From: Rickettsiales bacterium
GTDB taxonomy: Bacteria > Pseudomonadota > Alphaproteobacteria > Rickettsiales > JABIRX01
Reading direction: 5' to 3'
Assembly (NCBI GenBank): GCA_034111325.1
Contig: JAWUXM010000048.1
Span: 1 to 47,416 of the forward strand
Length of the DNA: 47,416 nucleotides
Shown: piece after piece, positions 30,857 through 41,588 of the stretch
Position numbering within the stretch: position 1 is the first letter of the stretch
Layout: each line of letters starts with the position of its first letter
Translations under genes and position numbers: made by a program
The notes under the pieces: generated by a model
Told to the model about the DNA's origin: nothing
The model's input: only the letters and a program-made list of their open reading frames with translations
Database searches by the model: none

Positions 30857-32152
30857 ATGATTCCACGTTATTCAAGAAAAGAAATGGTTTCCATCTGGGA
30901 GCCAGAAAATAAATTCCAAATTTGGTTTGAAATCGAAGCGCACGCATGTGACGCTTTAGCAGAATTAGGAATCATCCCTACTGAGGCCGCAAAAGAGATT
31001 TGGGCAAAAGGCAAATTTGATGTTGCCAAAATTGACGAAATCGAAAAAGTCACAAAACATGACGTAATTGCCTTCTTAACAAACCTTGCCGAATCAATTG
31101 GTGATTCTGCACGTTTTGTCCATCAAGGCATGACATCCTCTGACGTCCTTGATACTTGCCTTTCTGTACAATTAAACCGAGCCAGCAAATTACTCCTCGC
31201 TGATATTGACCAAACTTTAGATATACTTAAAAAGCGCGCATATGAATTTAAGGATGTGCCTTGCATGGGACGTAGCCACGGGATCCACGCTGAGCCTGTG
31301 ACTTTTGGCTTAAAACTAGCTAGCTTCTATGCAGAAATGAAACGTAATCGTGATCGCCTAGAGCAAGCGAGAGTTGATGTTGCAACTTGCGCAATCTCTG
31401 GTGCAGTCGGTACTTTTGCTAATATTGATCCAAAAGTGCAAGACCATGTTGCAGCCAAGCTGGGTCTTGCTTCTGAGCCGATTTCAACTCAAGTTATCCC
31501 ACGGGATCGTCATGCTTTTTACTTCGCAACATTAGGCGTTATCGCCTCTTCAATTGAACGCATTGCTACTGAAATTCGCCATTTACAAAGAACTGAGGTT
31601 TTAGAAGTGGAAGAATTCTTCTCAAAAGGACAAAAAGGCAGCTCAGCCATGCCACATAAACGCAACCCAGTTTTAAGTGAGAACCTCACTGGTTTAGCAA
31701 GGATTGTCCGCGCTTATGTTACACCTGCCCTTGAGAATGTTGCCCTATGGCATGAACGTGATATTTCACATTCATCAGTCGAAAGGATGATTGCACCTGA
31801 TGCTACTGTCACACTTGACTTTGCCCTTACACGCATGAATGACATGCTAGATAATTTACTAGTATATCCTGAAAATATGGAAAAGAATCTTAACCAATTA
31901 AAAGGTTTAGTTTTCTCACAGCGCATTTTATTAGAGCTTACACAAAAAGGCGTTTCCCGTGAAGATGCTTATAGTTTTGTGCAACGAAATGCTATGCAAG
32001 TTTGGCAGGAAGGGAGGGATTTCCAGACTTTGCTAAATGATGATGCGGACATTAGCAAATATTTAAGCAAAGATGAAATCTCTGCATTGTTTGATATGAA
32101 TTATCATACTAAAAATGTTGATGCGATTTTTCAAAGAGTCTTTGCAAAGTAA
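30857..32152 (+). CDS. purB: Adenylosuccinate lyase
   Basis: MIPRYS, GRSHGIHAEP, GSSAMPHKRNP. Confidence 0.98.
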   Translation: MIPRYSRKEMVSIWEPENKFQIWFEIEAHACDALAELGIIPTEAAKEIWAKGKFDVAKIDEIEKVTKHDVIAFLTNLAESIGDSARFVHQGMTSSDVLDTCLSVQLNRASKLLLADIDQTLDILKKRAYEFKDVPCMGRSHGIHAEPVTFGLKLASFYAEMKRNRDRLEQARVDVATCAISGAVGTFANIDPKVQDHVAAKLGLASEPISTQVIPRDRHAFYFATLGVIASSIERIATEIRHLQRTEVLEVEEFFSKGQKGSSAMPHKRNPVLSENLTGLARIVRAYVTPALENVALWHERDISHSSVERMIAPDATVTLDFALTRMNDMLDNLLVYPENMEKNLNQLKGLVFSQRILLELTQKGVSREDAYSFVQRNAMQVWQEGRDFQTLLNDDADISKYLSKDEISALFDMNYHTKNVDAIFQRVFAK

Positions 32153-32194
32153 TTTTTTTGCATACCTTTTAAGCAACTATTTTCTATAATCACT

Positions 32195-33529
32195 ATGTTT
32201 GACGGTTTAACAAAAAATATTAGCAAAGCTTTTGATGGGCTAAGAGGCAAAAAAGTAATTGGCTCTAGCGACATCGAAGAAGCTATTGCACAAGTTAGAA
32301 TTGCCTTATTAGAAGCTGACGTTGCTTTACCAGTTGTCACAGAATTTAACGAAAAAGTTAAAGAAAAAGCCCTTGGTGAAGATGTCGTCAAAGGTGTTTC
32401 CCCAGTCCAAATGGTTATAAAAATCATTCAGGATGAGATCGAAAACATCCTAAAAAGTGATAATCAAGAATTAAACCTTACAACCACACCGCCAGCGGTG
32501 ATTTTAATGGTTGGTTTGCAAGGCTCAGGAAAGACCACCTCCACTGCAAAATTAGCCCGTTTATTGCGTGCAAAACAAAACAAAAAAGTCCTAGTTGCCT
32601 CGCTTGACGTTTATCGCCCTGCTGCACAAGAACAATTAGCTATCATGGCTGAGAGAGCCGGAGTTGATTCCCTAGAAATCGTAAAAAAAGAAAAACCCGA
32701 GAAAATTACCAAACGCGCTTTGAAGGAAGCAAAACGCGGCGGTTATGATATATTATTACTTGATTCTGCTGGCCGCTTATCAATTGATAAAGAGCTATTG
32801 AAAGAATTATCAGCTGTTAAGAAAATTTCCAAACCAATTGAAACCTTACTCGTCGTTGATGCGATGACTGGGCAAGATGCCGTTACTACTGCAAAGAATT
32901 TCAATGAGGAAACTGGCATTACAGGAATTGTCTTAACCAGAATTGATGGTGATGCACGCGGTGGTGCTGCACTTTCGATGAAATATGTCACTGGCGCACC
33001 AATTAAATTTATAGGAACTGGTGAGGGAGTAGCAGATTTTGAAACCCTCCAGGCTGATCGCTTAGCTTCACGCATCCTCGATATGGGTGACATCACCTCG
33101 CTCGTTGAAAAAGCACAGGAAGTTGTCGGTGAAGATGAAATGGCGAAGATGGAAGAAAATCTCCGCAAAGGCAAATTTGACTTTAATGACCTTCTTGCTC
33201 AACTCAAAAACATGAAAAAAATGGGTGGTTTTTCTTCAGTTTTATCCCTTGTGCCTGGCGCTGGAAAGATCAAAGAGGCGATGAAGAATGCAAATATTGA
33301 CGAAAGCGTAATTGCTAAACAAGAAGCAATCATCCTTTCCATGACAAAATATGAGCGTGGCTATCCTGAGCGCCTCAACACCTCGCGCAAAAACCGCATA
33401 GCAAAAGGATCTGGCGGCAACATCCAGCAAGTTAATCAACTCGTGAAAAAACATAAGGATATGCAAAAAATGATGAAACGCATGCGCGGGATGGATCCTG
33501 AGAAGATCAAGAGCATGATGGGAGGATAA
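32195..33529 (+). CDS. ffh: Signal recognition particle protein
   Basis: GLQGSGKTT, DSAGR, DGDARGGAALS, Met-rich M domain. Confidence 0.98.
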   Translation: MFDGLTKNISKAFDGLRGKKVIGSSDIEEAIAQVRIALLEADVALPVVTEFNEKVKEKALGEDVVKGVSPVQMVIKIIQDEIENILKSDNQELNLTTTPPAVILMVGLQGSGKTTSTAKLARLLRAKQNKKVLVASLDVYRPAAQEQLAIMAERAGVDSLEIVKKEKPEKITKRALKEAKRGGYDILLLDSAGRLSIDKELLKELSAVKKISKPIETLLVVDAMTGQDAVTTAKNFNEETGITGIVLTRIDGDARGGAALSMKYVTGAPIKFIGTGEGVADFETLQADRLASRILDMGDITSLVEKAQEVVGEDEMAKMEENLRKGKFDFNDLLAQLKNMKKMGGFSSVLSLVPGAGKIKEAMKNANIDESVIAKQEAIILSMTKYERGYPERLNTSRKNRIAKGSGGNIQQVNQLVKKHKDMQKMMKRMRGMDPEKIKSMMGG

Positions 33530-33731
33530 GAATTAATTCTCCAAACAATTTGAAGGGTTGTTGCGCAGGATGTCTAATTCGTTAGCTCCGCCAATATTTA
33601 GTATTGGCTCAACTCATAAATATTGAAAAGCATGCAAAAAGATTAACTCGCGGCATTCCCTTGAAATAACTTGCAAATTAATGCTATGCGCACTAAAAAA
33701 GCGGCTAGTTATAACTTTACTTTAGAATAAA

Positions 33732-33920
33732 ATGGGAACTTCCAAAAATAATCCAAATGCCAGAAAAGGTTCTGCGAAACAAAAAACCTTCGAAGGCAAG
33801 CCTGTAAAACCAGTTAAGTATATTGGTGCACGCAGTACATATATCGCCGCTCAATTTGAAGACGGTAAACTTGTGGTTGATAGCACTGATCGCCCTCTTC
33901 CCTTCTCCGACATCCATTAA
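33732..33920 (+). CDS. Small hypothetical protein (62 aa)
   Basis: ATG-started ORF filling the intergenic space with ordinary composition; SKNNP...GKPVKPV...AAQFEDG looks like a small protein I recall from Rickettsiales (unverified). Confidence 0.7.
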   Translation: MGTSKNNPNARKGSAKQKTFEGKPVKPVKYIGARSTYIAAQFEDGKLVVDSTDRPLPFSDIH

Positions 33921-33971
33921 ATTAAAATATTTAGATTTATCAAGGCTATACTTTAAATCTTTTATATTGTT

Positions 33972-34092
33972 GTAAGTTAAGGGACTTTGTGGTGATTTTT
34001 GTCATAAACTGCTTAAGTGAGTGAGCGTATACTGCATACATAACTCGAATGAAAGCAGGTTATCTGGCAAAAAGGACAAAAAAATAACTTAC
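33972..34092. repeat. Family A hairpin repeat abutting a start codon
   Basis: GTAAGTTA/TAACTTAC termini; internal alignment to other copies. Confidence 0.8.
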
Positions 34093-34093
34093 C

Positions 34094-34840
34094 ATGAAAA
34101 AGCTTGTCGCCACTATCGTCACCTATAACAACGACCCGAAGCAGATTATTGCAACTTCTGAATCGTTCCTGCAAGCCAAGGTCGAGTCTGAATTAAACAT
34201 TGTTGATAATGCATCCACTAACAACCTCCTCACTCAACTCAAGGGCACAATCAAAGCCAATTTACTAAGCTCTGGTGCCAATAAGGGTTTTGGTGCAGGT
34301 CACAATTTTGGCATTAAAAATTCGCCCGCCTCTGAATATTATCTTGTTTTAAATCCTGACGTGATTGTCCCAGAGGGTGAATTAGAGAAAATGATTAGCT
34401 ATTTGGATAAGCATCAAGATATCGCCCTCCTCATTCCAAAAGTTCTAAATAAGGATGGCTCCTTGCAAGATCATCACCGCACAATCCCTAATATTAAAAC
34501 TTTATTCATACGACGTTTTTTACCATTTATCAAACAACCAGTTGTAAAATTTGACTCTACTAAGATTCAAGAGCTAGAGGTTGCAAGCGGTTGTTTTATG
34601 TTGTTTCGCCGCAAAGCTTTAGAAAAAATCAATGGCTTTGATGAAGGCTTTTTCATGTATTTTGAAGATATTGATATAACATTGCGCACTGCCAAAATCG
34701 GCAAAGTAATTTATTATCCGAAAGCAAAAATCATTCATTTATGGGAGCGAGCTTCGCATAAAAATTGGCACTTAACCTTTATCCATATTAAATCTGCACT
34801 TTATTTTTTCTTTAAATTGTGGGCAGGTAAATATAAATAA
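34094..34840 (+). CDS. Glycosyltransferase family 2
   Basis: IVTYN, VDNAS, NKGFGAGHN, LNPDV, GFDEGFFMYFEDID. Confidence 0.94.
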   Translation: MKKLVATIVTYNNDPKQIIATSESFLQAKVESELNIVDNASTNNLLTQLKGTIKANLLSSGANKGFGAGHNFGIKNSPASEYYLVLNPDVIVPEGELEKMISYLDKHQDIALLIPKVLNKDGSLQDHHRTIPNIKTLFIRRFLPFIKQPVVKFDSTKIQELEVASGCFMLFRRKALEKINGFDEGFFMYFEDIDITLRTAKIGKVIYYPKAKIIHLWERASHKNWHLTFIHIKSALYFFFKLWAGKYK

Positions 34841-34850
34841 TATACACATC

Positions 34851-37541
34851 ATGCAAAAAAAAGAAAAATTAATATTAATCGACGGTTATAGTTTTGTCTT
34901 CCGTGCTTACCATTCCATGCCGCCATTAACCCGCCCAGATGGGCTAATTGTCGGCGCTCTGTCTGGCTATGCAAACATGCTATTTAAAATCCGCACACAG
35001 ATGCAATGTGACTATCTCGCAGTAATTTTAGATTACGGCGCTAAAACTTTCCGTAATGATTTATATGATAAATATAAAGCGAATCGTCCGCCCGCACCTG
35101 AAGACCTTGTGCCGCAATTTCCTTTAGTCCGTGCTTTTACCGAAGCTATGAATATGCCAACTTTAGACAAAGAAGGCTTTGAGGCGGATGACATCATTGC
35201 AACCTACGTCAAACAGGCAAAAGAGCGTGGTATGGAGGTTAGCATTATTTCTTCTGACAAAGACCTTATGCAGCTGATTAATGATGATGTGACGATGTAT
35301 GATGCGATGCGCAACAAAACTATCGGCAGTAAAGAGGTCGAAGAAAAATTTGGCGTAGTTCCAGAAAAGATGGTCGATATGTTAGCTATGATGGGTGATG
35401 CATCCGATAACATCCCCGGCATCCCTTCTATCGGCCCCAAAACCGCTGCTGAACTTTTAAATCGTTTTGGTAACCTTGATGAAGTTTTGCTACATGCAGA
35501 GGAAATTACACAAAATAAACGGCGTGAAGCAATCATTGACAATAAAGAGCTAGCTTTGCTCTCCCGTGATTTGGTAAAGTTAGAGGAGAATGTTGATTTA
35601 GGATTTTCAATTGATGATTTCTACCTTGCCAAACCTGATATGGCAAAACTTGGTGCTTTTCTTAAAGAGCAAAATTTTGCTGCACTAATGAGTCGCGCGG
35701 AGAAGTTTTTTAACAAGGGTGAGGTTAAAAAGACTCCTGAAACGGAAGTAGAAATAGCACCCAAAGCTATATCGAAAAATGATTTGCCAGAACAACAAGA
35801 AGTCACTGATCTCAAAACATTATCAACAATCATCGAGAAATTACAGAACGCTGAGAAGATTGCCTGTTACATCGAAAAAAGCGGCGCTAAAACTGGCAAT
35901 ATAATTACGAACTTCTCCTTCTCTGACGGCACACATCGCTTTGCCATAAATTTTGCAGTGGAAGAAAATAATGATATTTTCTCTGATAATAAGGCAAATA
36001 AACTATCCTTAGCAGATGTTCTTAAAACATTTGAACCCATCCTTAGCGACCCCTCAATTTTGAAAATCGCTTATGATGTAAAAGATTTTCTGCATATATT
36101 AGATGAGGTGCAGCTCAGCGATAAATTGCACTCCTATGACGATGTAATGGTTATGTCATATATTTTGGATAATGGCAAACATAGCCATAACCTACCACAA
36201 ATTACCCTAGCAAATCTCGAACATGCAATTGATGAAGAGGATAATAGCCACAACGCACAATTCATTTATGAATTACATAATGTTTTCAAACAAAGGCTAG
36301 TAAGTGAAAAAAGCGTAACTCTTTATGAAACCATTGAGAAAAAATTCGCCGAGATTTTATTTCATATGGAGAAACGTGGCGTAAAAATTTCTGATAAAGC
36401 TTTATGTATTTTATCAGAAGAATTTGGCAGCAAAATTAAAATATTAGAAAAAGAAATTTATCACTTAGCAGATAGCGAATTTAACATTGGCTCACCAAAA
36501 CAATTAGGCGAGATTCTCTTTGAAAAGATGAGTTTGCAAGCAGGCAAGAAATCCAAAAAAAGCGGTGCCTTCTCAACTTCCGTTGAAATATTAGAAGAGC
36601 TTGCCGCCAACGGTCATGATATTGCAGAGAAAATTTTGGAATGGCGTCACTACTCTAAATTAAAAAGCACTTATACAGATAGCTTGCCAAAACAGATTAA
36701 TAGCAAAACTGGTCGTGTGCATTCACACTTTTCTAATGCACTAACTTCAACTGGGCGCATTAGCTCGACTAATCCAAATCTACAAAACATTCCAACCCGC
36801 AGCTCTGAGGGCGATAAAATCCGCCAGGCTTTTATTTGCGATGAGGGCAAGGTTTTAATCTCAGCTGATTATTCACAAATAGAATTACGCCTACTCGCAC
36901 ATATCGCCGATATTAAATCTTTGCAGGATGATTTTGCCCAAGGCTTGGATATTCACGCAGCCACTGCCAGCAAAATATTCAATGTACCGCTTGAGCAAGT
37001 TGATAGCGTTTTACGCCGCCGCGCCAAAGCGATTAATTTTGGTATTATCTATGGCATTAGTGCTTTTGGTTTGGCACGCCGCTTAAAAATTGCGCGCTCT
37101 GATGCCAAAGCCTATATTGAAGCATATTTAGAGAAATATTCTGGCATCAAGCATTACATGGATCAAATGATTGTGGAATGTCGCGAGAATGGCTATGTTG
37201 AAACAATCATGGGCAGAAAATGCTTCTTCCCTAATGTTAACAATAAAAACCCCGCAATGCGCGCCTTTACAGAACGTGCCGCAATCAACGCACCATTACA
37301 AGGCTCTGCCGCCGATATTATCAAAAAAGCGATGATTAAAATTGAGGAAGTTATAGCTACGCAAAATCTCAGCGCAAAAATGATTTTACAAGTGCATGAC
37401 GAATTGATTTTTGAAGTAAAAAAAGAAGAGGCTGAGAATCTTAAAACCATTATCAAAGAAAATATGGAGAATGTTATAAAGCTTCAGGTTCCGCTTTTGG
37501 TTGATATAGGGGTCGGCAGCAATTGGGCGGCTATCCATTAA
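34851..37541 (+). CDS. polA: DNA polymerase I
   Basis: LIDGYS..FRAYH, YKANR, ADYSQIELR, AKAINFGIIYG, LQVHDEL. Confidence 0.99.
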   Translation: MQKKEKLILIDGYSFVFRAYHSMPPLTRPDGLIVGALSGYANMLFKIRTQMQCDYLAVILDYGAKTFRNDLYDKYKANRPPAPEDLVPQFPLVRAFTEAMNMPTLDKEGFEADDIIATYVKQAKERGMEVSIISSDKDLMQLINDDVTMYDAMRNKTIGSKEVEEKFGVVPEKMVDMLAMMGDASDNIPGIPSIGPKTAAELLNRFGNLDEVLLHAEEITQNKRREAIIDNKELALLSRDLVKLEENVDLGFSIDDFYLAKPDMAKLGAFLKEQNFAALMSRAEKFFNKGEVKKTPETEVEIAPKAISKNDLPEQQEVTDLKTLSTIIEKLQNAEKIACYIEKSGAKTGNIITNFSFSDGTHRFAINFAVEENNDIFSDNKANKLSLADVLKTFEPILSDPSILKIAYDVKDFLHILDEVQLSDKLHSYDDVMVMSYILDNGKHSHNLPQITLANLEHAIDEEDNSHNAQFIYELHNVFKQRLVSEKSVTLYETIEKKFAEILFHMEKRGVKISDKALCILSEEFGSKIKILEKEIYHLADSEFNIGSPKQLGEILFEKMSLQAGKKSKKSGAFSTSVEILEELAANGHDIAEKILEWRHYSKLKSTYTDSLPKQINSKTGRVHSHFSNALTSTGRISSTNPNLQNIPTRSSEGDKIRQAFICDEGKVLISADYSQIELRLLAHIADIKSLQDDFAQGLDIHAATASKIFNVPLEQVDSVLRRRAKAINFGIIYGISAFGLARRLKIARSDAKAYIEAYLEKYSGIKHYMDQMIVECRENGYVETIMGRKCFFPNVNNKNPAMRAFTERAAINAPLQGSAADIIKKAMIKIEEVIATQNLSAKMILQVHDELIFEVKKEEAENLKTIIKENMENVIKLQVPLLVDIGVGSNWAAIH

Positions 37542-37584
37542 TCTGGTCTTTTTGCACCCCTTTTTACAAAAATCCTCAGATTAA
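37538..37584. repeat. Family A minimal copy (ends only) overlapping the polA stop
   Basis: TTAATCTG...CAGATTAA termini with the centre deleted. Confidence 0.7.
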
Positions 37585-37659
37585 CCAACCATCATATCCC
37601 TGCCAACCAAGCAATTCAGTGACAAATAATTTAGAACATTACTCAAGATTTGCATATTG

Positions 37660-37788
37660 AAACAAGGTTTCGCGCCGATAAAGGCGCCCCTGACGAAATG
37701 CAGGGAGCGTTTTGGATGGAGCGAAGCGACACCCGAAAGGTAATAAATCACGCTAATAGTGATTTTATCAATTTATTTCAGGATCCGC
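37660..37788. repeat. Family B element interrupted by a second palindromic insert
   Basis: Aligns with the reverse complement of 29791-29844 apart from a ~76 bp insert at 37694-37769. Confidence 0.65.
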
Positions 37789-37840
37789 TGAGTTAGGAGG
37801 AATAGTGCTTTAATTTTGATCGTGAAGCGAGGAAGGTTAC

Positions 37841-38158
37841 TTATTCAGCAGCTTTGTCGCTTGGTGTGTCTGTAGTTGCAGCTTCGACTTTTGCTGGCTC
37901 AACAGCCGCAGCAGGCGCTTCAGGAGCCGCTTTTTGATTAGCTTTAAAGCCAAAATTACCAAATCTTTCTTTAAATTTAGCAACTTTATTTACATTTTCA
38001 TTTAAGAAATTTGTACCACCAGTCCATGCTGGGTGAGTTAGTGGATCAATGTCTAGAGTGATCTTGTCACCTTTGTAAGTTGAACCTGTTTCAAAACTCG
38101 AACCATCAGTTAAAATAACTTTCACTGTGTGATAATCTGGGTGTATATCTTTTTGCAT
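37841..38158 (-). CDS. rpmE: 50S ribosomal protein L31 (start moved to 38158)
   Basis: MQKDIHPDYH, LDIDPLTHPAWTG, VAKFKERFG. Confidence 0.95.
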   Translation of the reverse strand: MQKDIHPDYHTVKVILTDGSSFETGSTYKGDKITLDIDPLTHPAWTGGTNFLNENVNKVAKFKERFGNFGFKANQKAAPEAPAAAVEPAKVEAATTDTPSDKAAE

Positions 38159-38278
38159 GTTTCTATGTAAATCAATTAGAGGGGTGCTTTTACAGGAGCT
38201 GTACGCTTTATGCAACATTTTTTATAACATTAGCCATTACAACACCCCTCTCACAAGAAACCTCTGCTGCCCTATGGT

Positions 38279-38458
38279 GAAATCTGAGGATTTTTGTGAT
38301 CTTTTTCGTACACCTAGCTCACCCTATGATAAAAAGCTCAGAGATTTTGCTTTGATTTTTGGCATATGTCTTGTGCGATTAAGCGAAGTGTATTCTTCAT
38401 ACACGAGTCGAAATGAGCAGAAGTTATCTGTCAAAAATCATGCAAAAGATGAGATTTT
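38279..38458. repeat. Family A left-end fragment (38279) plus full copy (38332-38458)
   Basis: Near-identical architecture to 30156-30281; overlaps the thiD stop. Confidence 0.9.
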
Positions 38459-39239
38459 AGACAGAGTGGTTAAGAGGTCCATACCCCTTGCCAATCGACT
38501 GTGCATTCTGGATCGCCTCATAAACATATTCACGAGCGCGAACTATACTATCTTCGAGCGAGAGTTTTTGTGCCATACTTGTTGCGATAGCCGAAGCCAA
38601 TGTACAGCCAGTACCATGTGTGTTTACTGTTTCGATCCGCCCACCTTCAAAAATACGAATATTTTTGCGTGTAATTAGCGCATCACGTATTATATCACCT
38701 TCAAGATGACCACCTTTGACTAACACTGCTGGCGTACCCATCTCAACAATTTTACGCCCTGCAATAATCATATCGTCTAAACTACGAATATCAAAACCAC
38801 AAAGAACACTAGCTTCTGGAATGTTAGGTGTGACTAACTCCGCCAAGGGAATGAGTTTTGTTTTTAACACTCCAACTGCATCCTGCGAAAGCAACTCTTC
38901 ATTGCTCTTAGAAAGCATTACTGTATCTAAAACAATTGGGATTTTTCCTGCTTTCTCGGCAAGAATTTCGGCAACGGCCTCAACAATTTCTTTGCTACTC
39001 AACATACCTATTTTAATGGTATCCGCACCGATATCAGACAAGACAGCTTCTATTTGCTGTTTGATGAATTTGCTTGGCACATCATGCTTGGCTATTACAG
39101 AAACAGTATTTTGTGCAGTAAGTGACGTAATCGCCGTTGTTGCATAGCCTTTTAAAGCCATGATTGTTTTTATATCAGCCTGAATTCCTGCTCCACCGCC
39201 CGAATCCGAACCTGCTATTACTAATATTTTTCCATACAT
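38457..39239 (-). CDS. thiD: Hydroxymethylpyrimidine/phosphomethylpyrimidine kinase
   Basis: [36 protein letters not shown]. Confidence 0.97.
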   Translation of the reverse strand: MYGKILVIAGSDSGGGAGIQADIKTIMALKGYATTAITSLTAQNTVSVIAKHDVPSKFIKQQIEAVLSDIGADTIKIGMLSSKEIVEAVAEILAEKAGKIPIVLDTVMLSKSNEELLSQDAVGVLKTKLIPLAELVTPNIPEASVLCGFDIRSLDDMIIAGRKIVEMGTPAVLVKGGHLEGDIIRDALITRKNIRIFEGGRIETVNTHGTGCTLASAIATSMAQKLSLEDSIVRAREYVYEAIQNAQSIGKGYGPLNHSV

Positions 39240-40602
39240 TTGTTATAAACCCATATTTAGATTCTGATTTACTCCTTATTTCTTCAGCAATATTATTTGC
39301 TAATTTCTCAATTTCTTTTTTACTTTTACCCTCAACCATAATTCGGATCAAAGGCTCCGTTCCTGACTTCCTTACTAAAATTCGGCCATTTTTACCAAGT
39401 TGCTTTTCCGCATCCTTAATTAATTGTACCATATGACGGCTTTCTAGTGATACTTCACCATCATAACGAATATTAACAAGTACTTGCGGTAATGGTTCAA
39501 ACGCTCTGAATAATTCAGACTTCCCTCCTTTTTCTACCATCACCGCAAGTATCTGTAACGCTGCAACCATTCCATCACCTGTTGTAGAATAATCACTTAA
39601 AATAATGTGGCCTGATTGCTCACCACCAACATTAAAACCATGTTTTTTCATATATTCTAATACGTAACGATCACCAATATCGGTACGTTTTAAATCAAGA
39701 TTCATAGTTTTGAGATATTTCTCCAAACCAAGGTTAGACATTTTTGTTGTAACAACGCCATTACCTTTAAGCATTTTTTTGTCTGACCAGAATTGCGCTA
39801 TCATCGCGATTAGTTGGTCACCATCTATAACTTTTCCTTCTTTATCCACCACGATTAAGCGATCTGCATCCCCATCAAGCGCAATCCCAATATCTGCTTT
39901 ATTTTCCAACACAGCTTTGCATAATGCTTCAGGATTAGTTGATCCGCATTCAGCATTTATATTAAAACCATTAGGATTATTACCCAGCGCGATTACCTCT
40001 GCACCTAGCTCCCAAAGCACAGTTGGACCGATTTTATAGGCTGCGCCATTAGCACAATCTATTACAATCTTCATCCCATCTAAGGTCATGCCTTTTGGAA
40101 AGGTATTTTTTATAAATTCGATATAACGACCAGAGACATCATCAATTCTTTTTGCTTTACCGATATGGTGTGGCTCAACTAAAAAAGGCGTCATATCGCC
40201 TTGCATTAATTCTTCGATTTCCTTTTCGATTTGGTCAGAAAGTTTATAGCCATCAGGGCCAAAAAGCTTAATGCCATTATCTTGAAAAAGATTATGCGAT
40301 GCAGAAATCATAACCCCTAGATCCGCACGCATTGAACGAGTTAACATTGCGACTGCGGGTGTTGGTACTGGCCCAGCCAAGATAACGTCCATCCCCACGG
40401 AAAGGAAACCAGCGGTCAGCGCATTTTCGATCATATAGCCAGAAAGACGTGTATCCTTACCGATAATTACGCGATGCTGGTGGCTCCCCCTTGTGAATTT
40501 TATCCCCGCGGCTTGCCCAGCCTTCATCATAACATCAGCAGTCACTGAACCTTTGTTAGAAACCCCTCTGATTCCGTCTGTACCAAAAAATTTACGCGGC
40601 AT
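39175..40602 (-). CDS. glmM: Phosphoglucosamine mutase
   Basis: [34 protein letters not shown]. Confidence 0.97.
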   Translation of the reverse strand: MPRKFFGTDGIRGVSNKGSVTADVMMKAGQAAGIKFTRGSHQHRVIIGKDTRLSGYMIENALTAGFLSVGMDVILAGPVPTPAVAMLTRSMRADLGVMISASHNLFQDNGIKLFGPDGYKLSDQIEKEIEELMQGDMTPFLVEPHHIGKAKRIDDVSGRYIEFIKNTFPKGMTLDGMKIVIDCANGAAYKIGPTVLWELGAEVIALGNNPNGFNINAECGSTNPEALCKAVLENKADIGIALDGDADRLIVVDKEGKVIDGDQLIAMIAQFWSDKKMLKGNGVVTTKMSNLGLEKYLKTMNLDLKRTDIGDRYVLEYMKKHGFNVGGEQSGHIILSDYSTTGDGMVAALQILAVMVEKGGKSELFRAFEPLPQVLVNIRYDGEVSLESRHMVQLIKDAEKQLGKNGRILVRKSGTEPLIRIMVEGKSKKEIEKLANNIAEEIRSKSESKYGFITNVWKNISNSRFGFGRWSRNSG

Positions 40603-40644
40603 AAATATTATATAATTCTAAAAAACCGCATCTTAATCGAGCAA

Positions 40645-41295
40645 TTACTTTTTGCAAATTCTTTGCAGAAATTTTGTGGCAAAGTTTAAACTACGCAAAT
40701 CAATCGAATGGCCTAAATTATCAAGTAATTCCACTTGCGCATCTACTCCATATTTCTCTAATTCTGCAACTGAGTTTATACTACGTTGAGAAGGAACAAC
40801 TTCATCATCAGTGCCGTGAATGAGTAATATCTTAGGTTTTGATTTGAGCTCATGCGTTAAATCAGAAGTTACACAACCTCCTGAAAAACCAACCACACCA
40901 GCAATTTTCTCATCGAGACGAATCGCACTATGCAGCGCCATCATCGTGCCTTGCGAAAAACCAATTAATATTAGGTCTTTCATTTGCAGTGAAAATCTCG
41001 CTAATTGCTCTTTGATAAAATTTTCTAAAATCGGCACAGCGGAATTTAAACCTTTAAGCAAAAACTCATCTTGAAAAACTGAGAGGTCAAACCATTGAAA
41101 GCCAAACGGTGCCCCAGCACATGGGAATGGTGCATTAGGCGAGATAAAACAGCTATCTGGAACTGCCTGTTTAAAATGATGCGCTAACGTTATCAAATCA
41201 TCACCATTGGAACCATAGCCATGTAAGAATATTACTAACTTCTTCGGCTTGCCATCTTGGGCAAAATTCTCTTCTGTAAAATCTAATTTTTTCAT
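40645..41295 (-). CDS. Phospholipase/carboxylesterase family alpha/beta hydrolase
   Basis: LHGYG, GFSQG nucleophile, HGTDDEVV, GHSI. Confidence 0.93.
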   Translation of the reverse strand: MKKLDFTEENFAQDGKPKKLVIFLHGYGSNGDDLITLAHHFKQAVPDSCFISPNAPFPCAGAPFGFQWFDLSVFQDEFLLKGLNSAVPILENFIKEQLARFSLQMKDLILIGFSQGTMMALHSAIRLDEKIAGVVGFSGGCVTSDLTHELKSKPKILLIHGTDDEVVPSQRSINSVAELEKYGVDAQVELLDNLGHSIDLRSLNFATKFLQRICKK

Positions 41296-41357
41296 TTTTT
41301 CCTCATAATATTAATTATCTCTCCTTTTTCTCTCATCTATAGCTTATACTTCTTTAT

Positions 41358-41402
41358 TAACCAACCCTCACCCCTACCCTCTACCTCTAAAAGGGAGAGG
41401 GG
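41358..41402. repeat. REP-like element family D
   Basis: TAACCAACCCTCACCCCT.CCCTC...GGG.GAGGG, repeated at 42559. Confidence 0.75.
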
Positions 41403-41464
41403 CTATAGTAAAAATCCAAGAGATTCGAGGTATGTCTATAATGTCCTCTCTCACCCTAAGGAGG

Positions 41465-41587
41465 AAAATTAAAGATTTTTCGATGTATTTTTGTCACACT
41501 GTTCTGCTCGAAGAAGGAAGCATATACTTATACGCGATCGACTAAGAGCAGGTTATTTGCTAAAAAGAGCCCAAAAGAATTAGATTT
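41465..41587. repeat. Family A hairpin repeat (diverged) after the recR stop
   Basis: GGTTATTTGCTAAAAAGAGCCCAAAAGAATTAGATTT right end; CTGCTC/GAGCAG inner stem. Confidence 0.8.
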
Positions 41588-41588
41588 C

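Noticed and set aside
38157-38678. 173 aa plus-strand ORF
   Set aside because: Made of a family A repeat and antisense thiD; no protein features.
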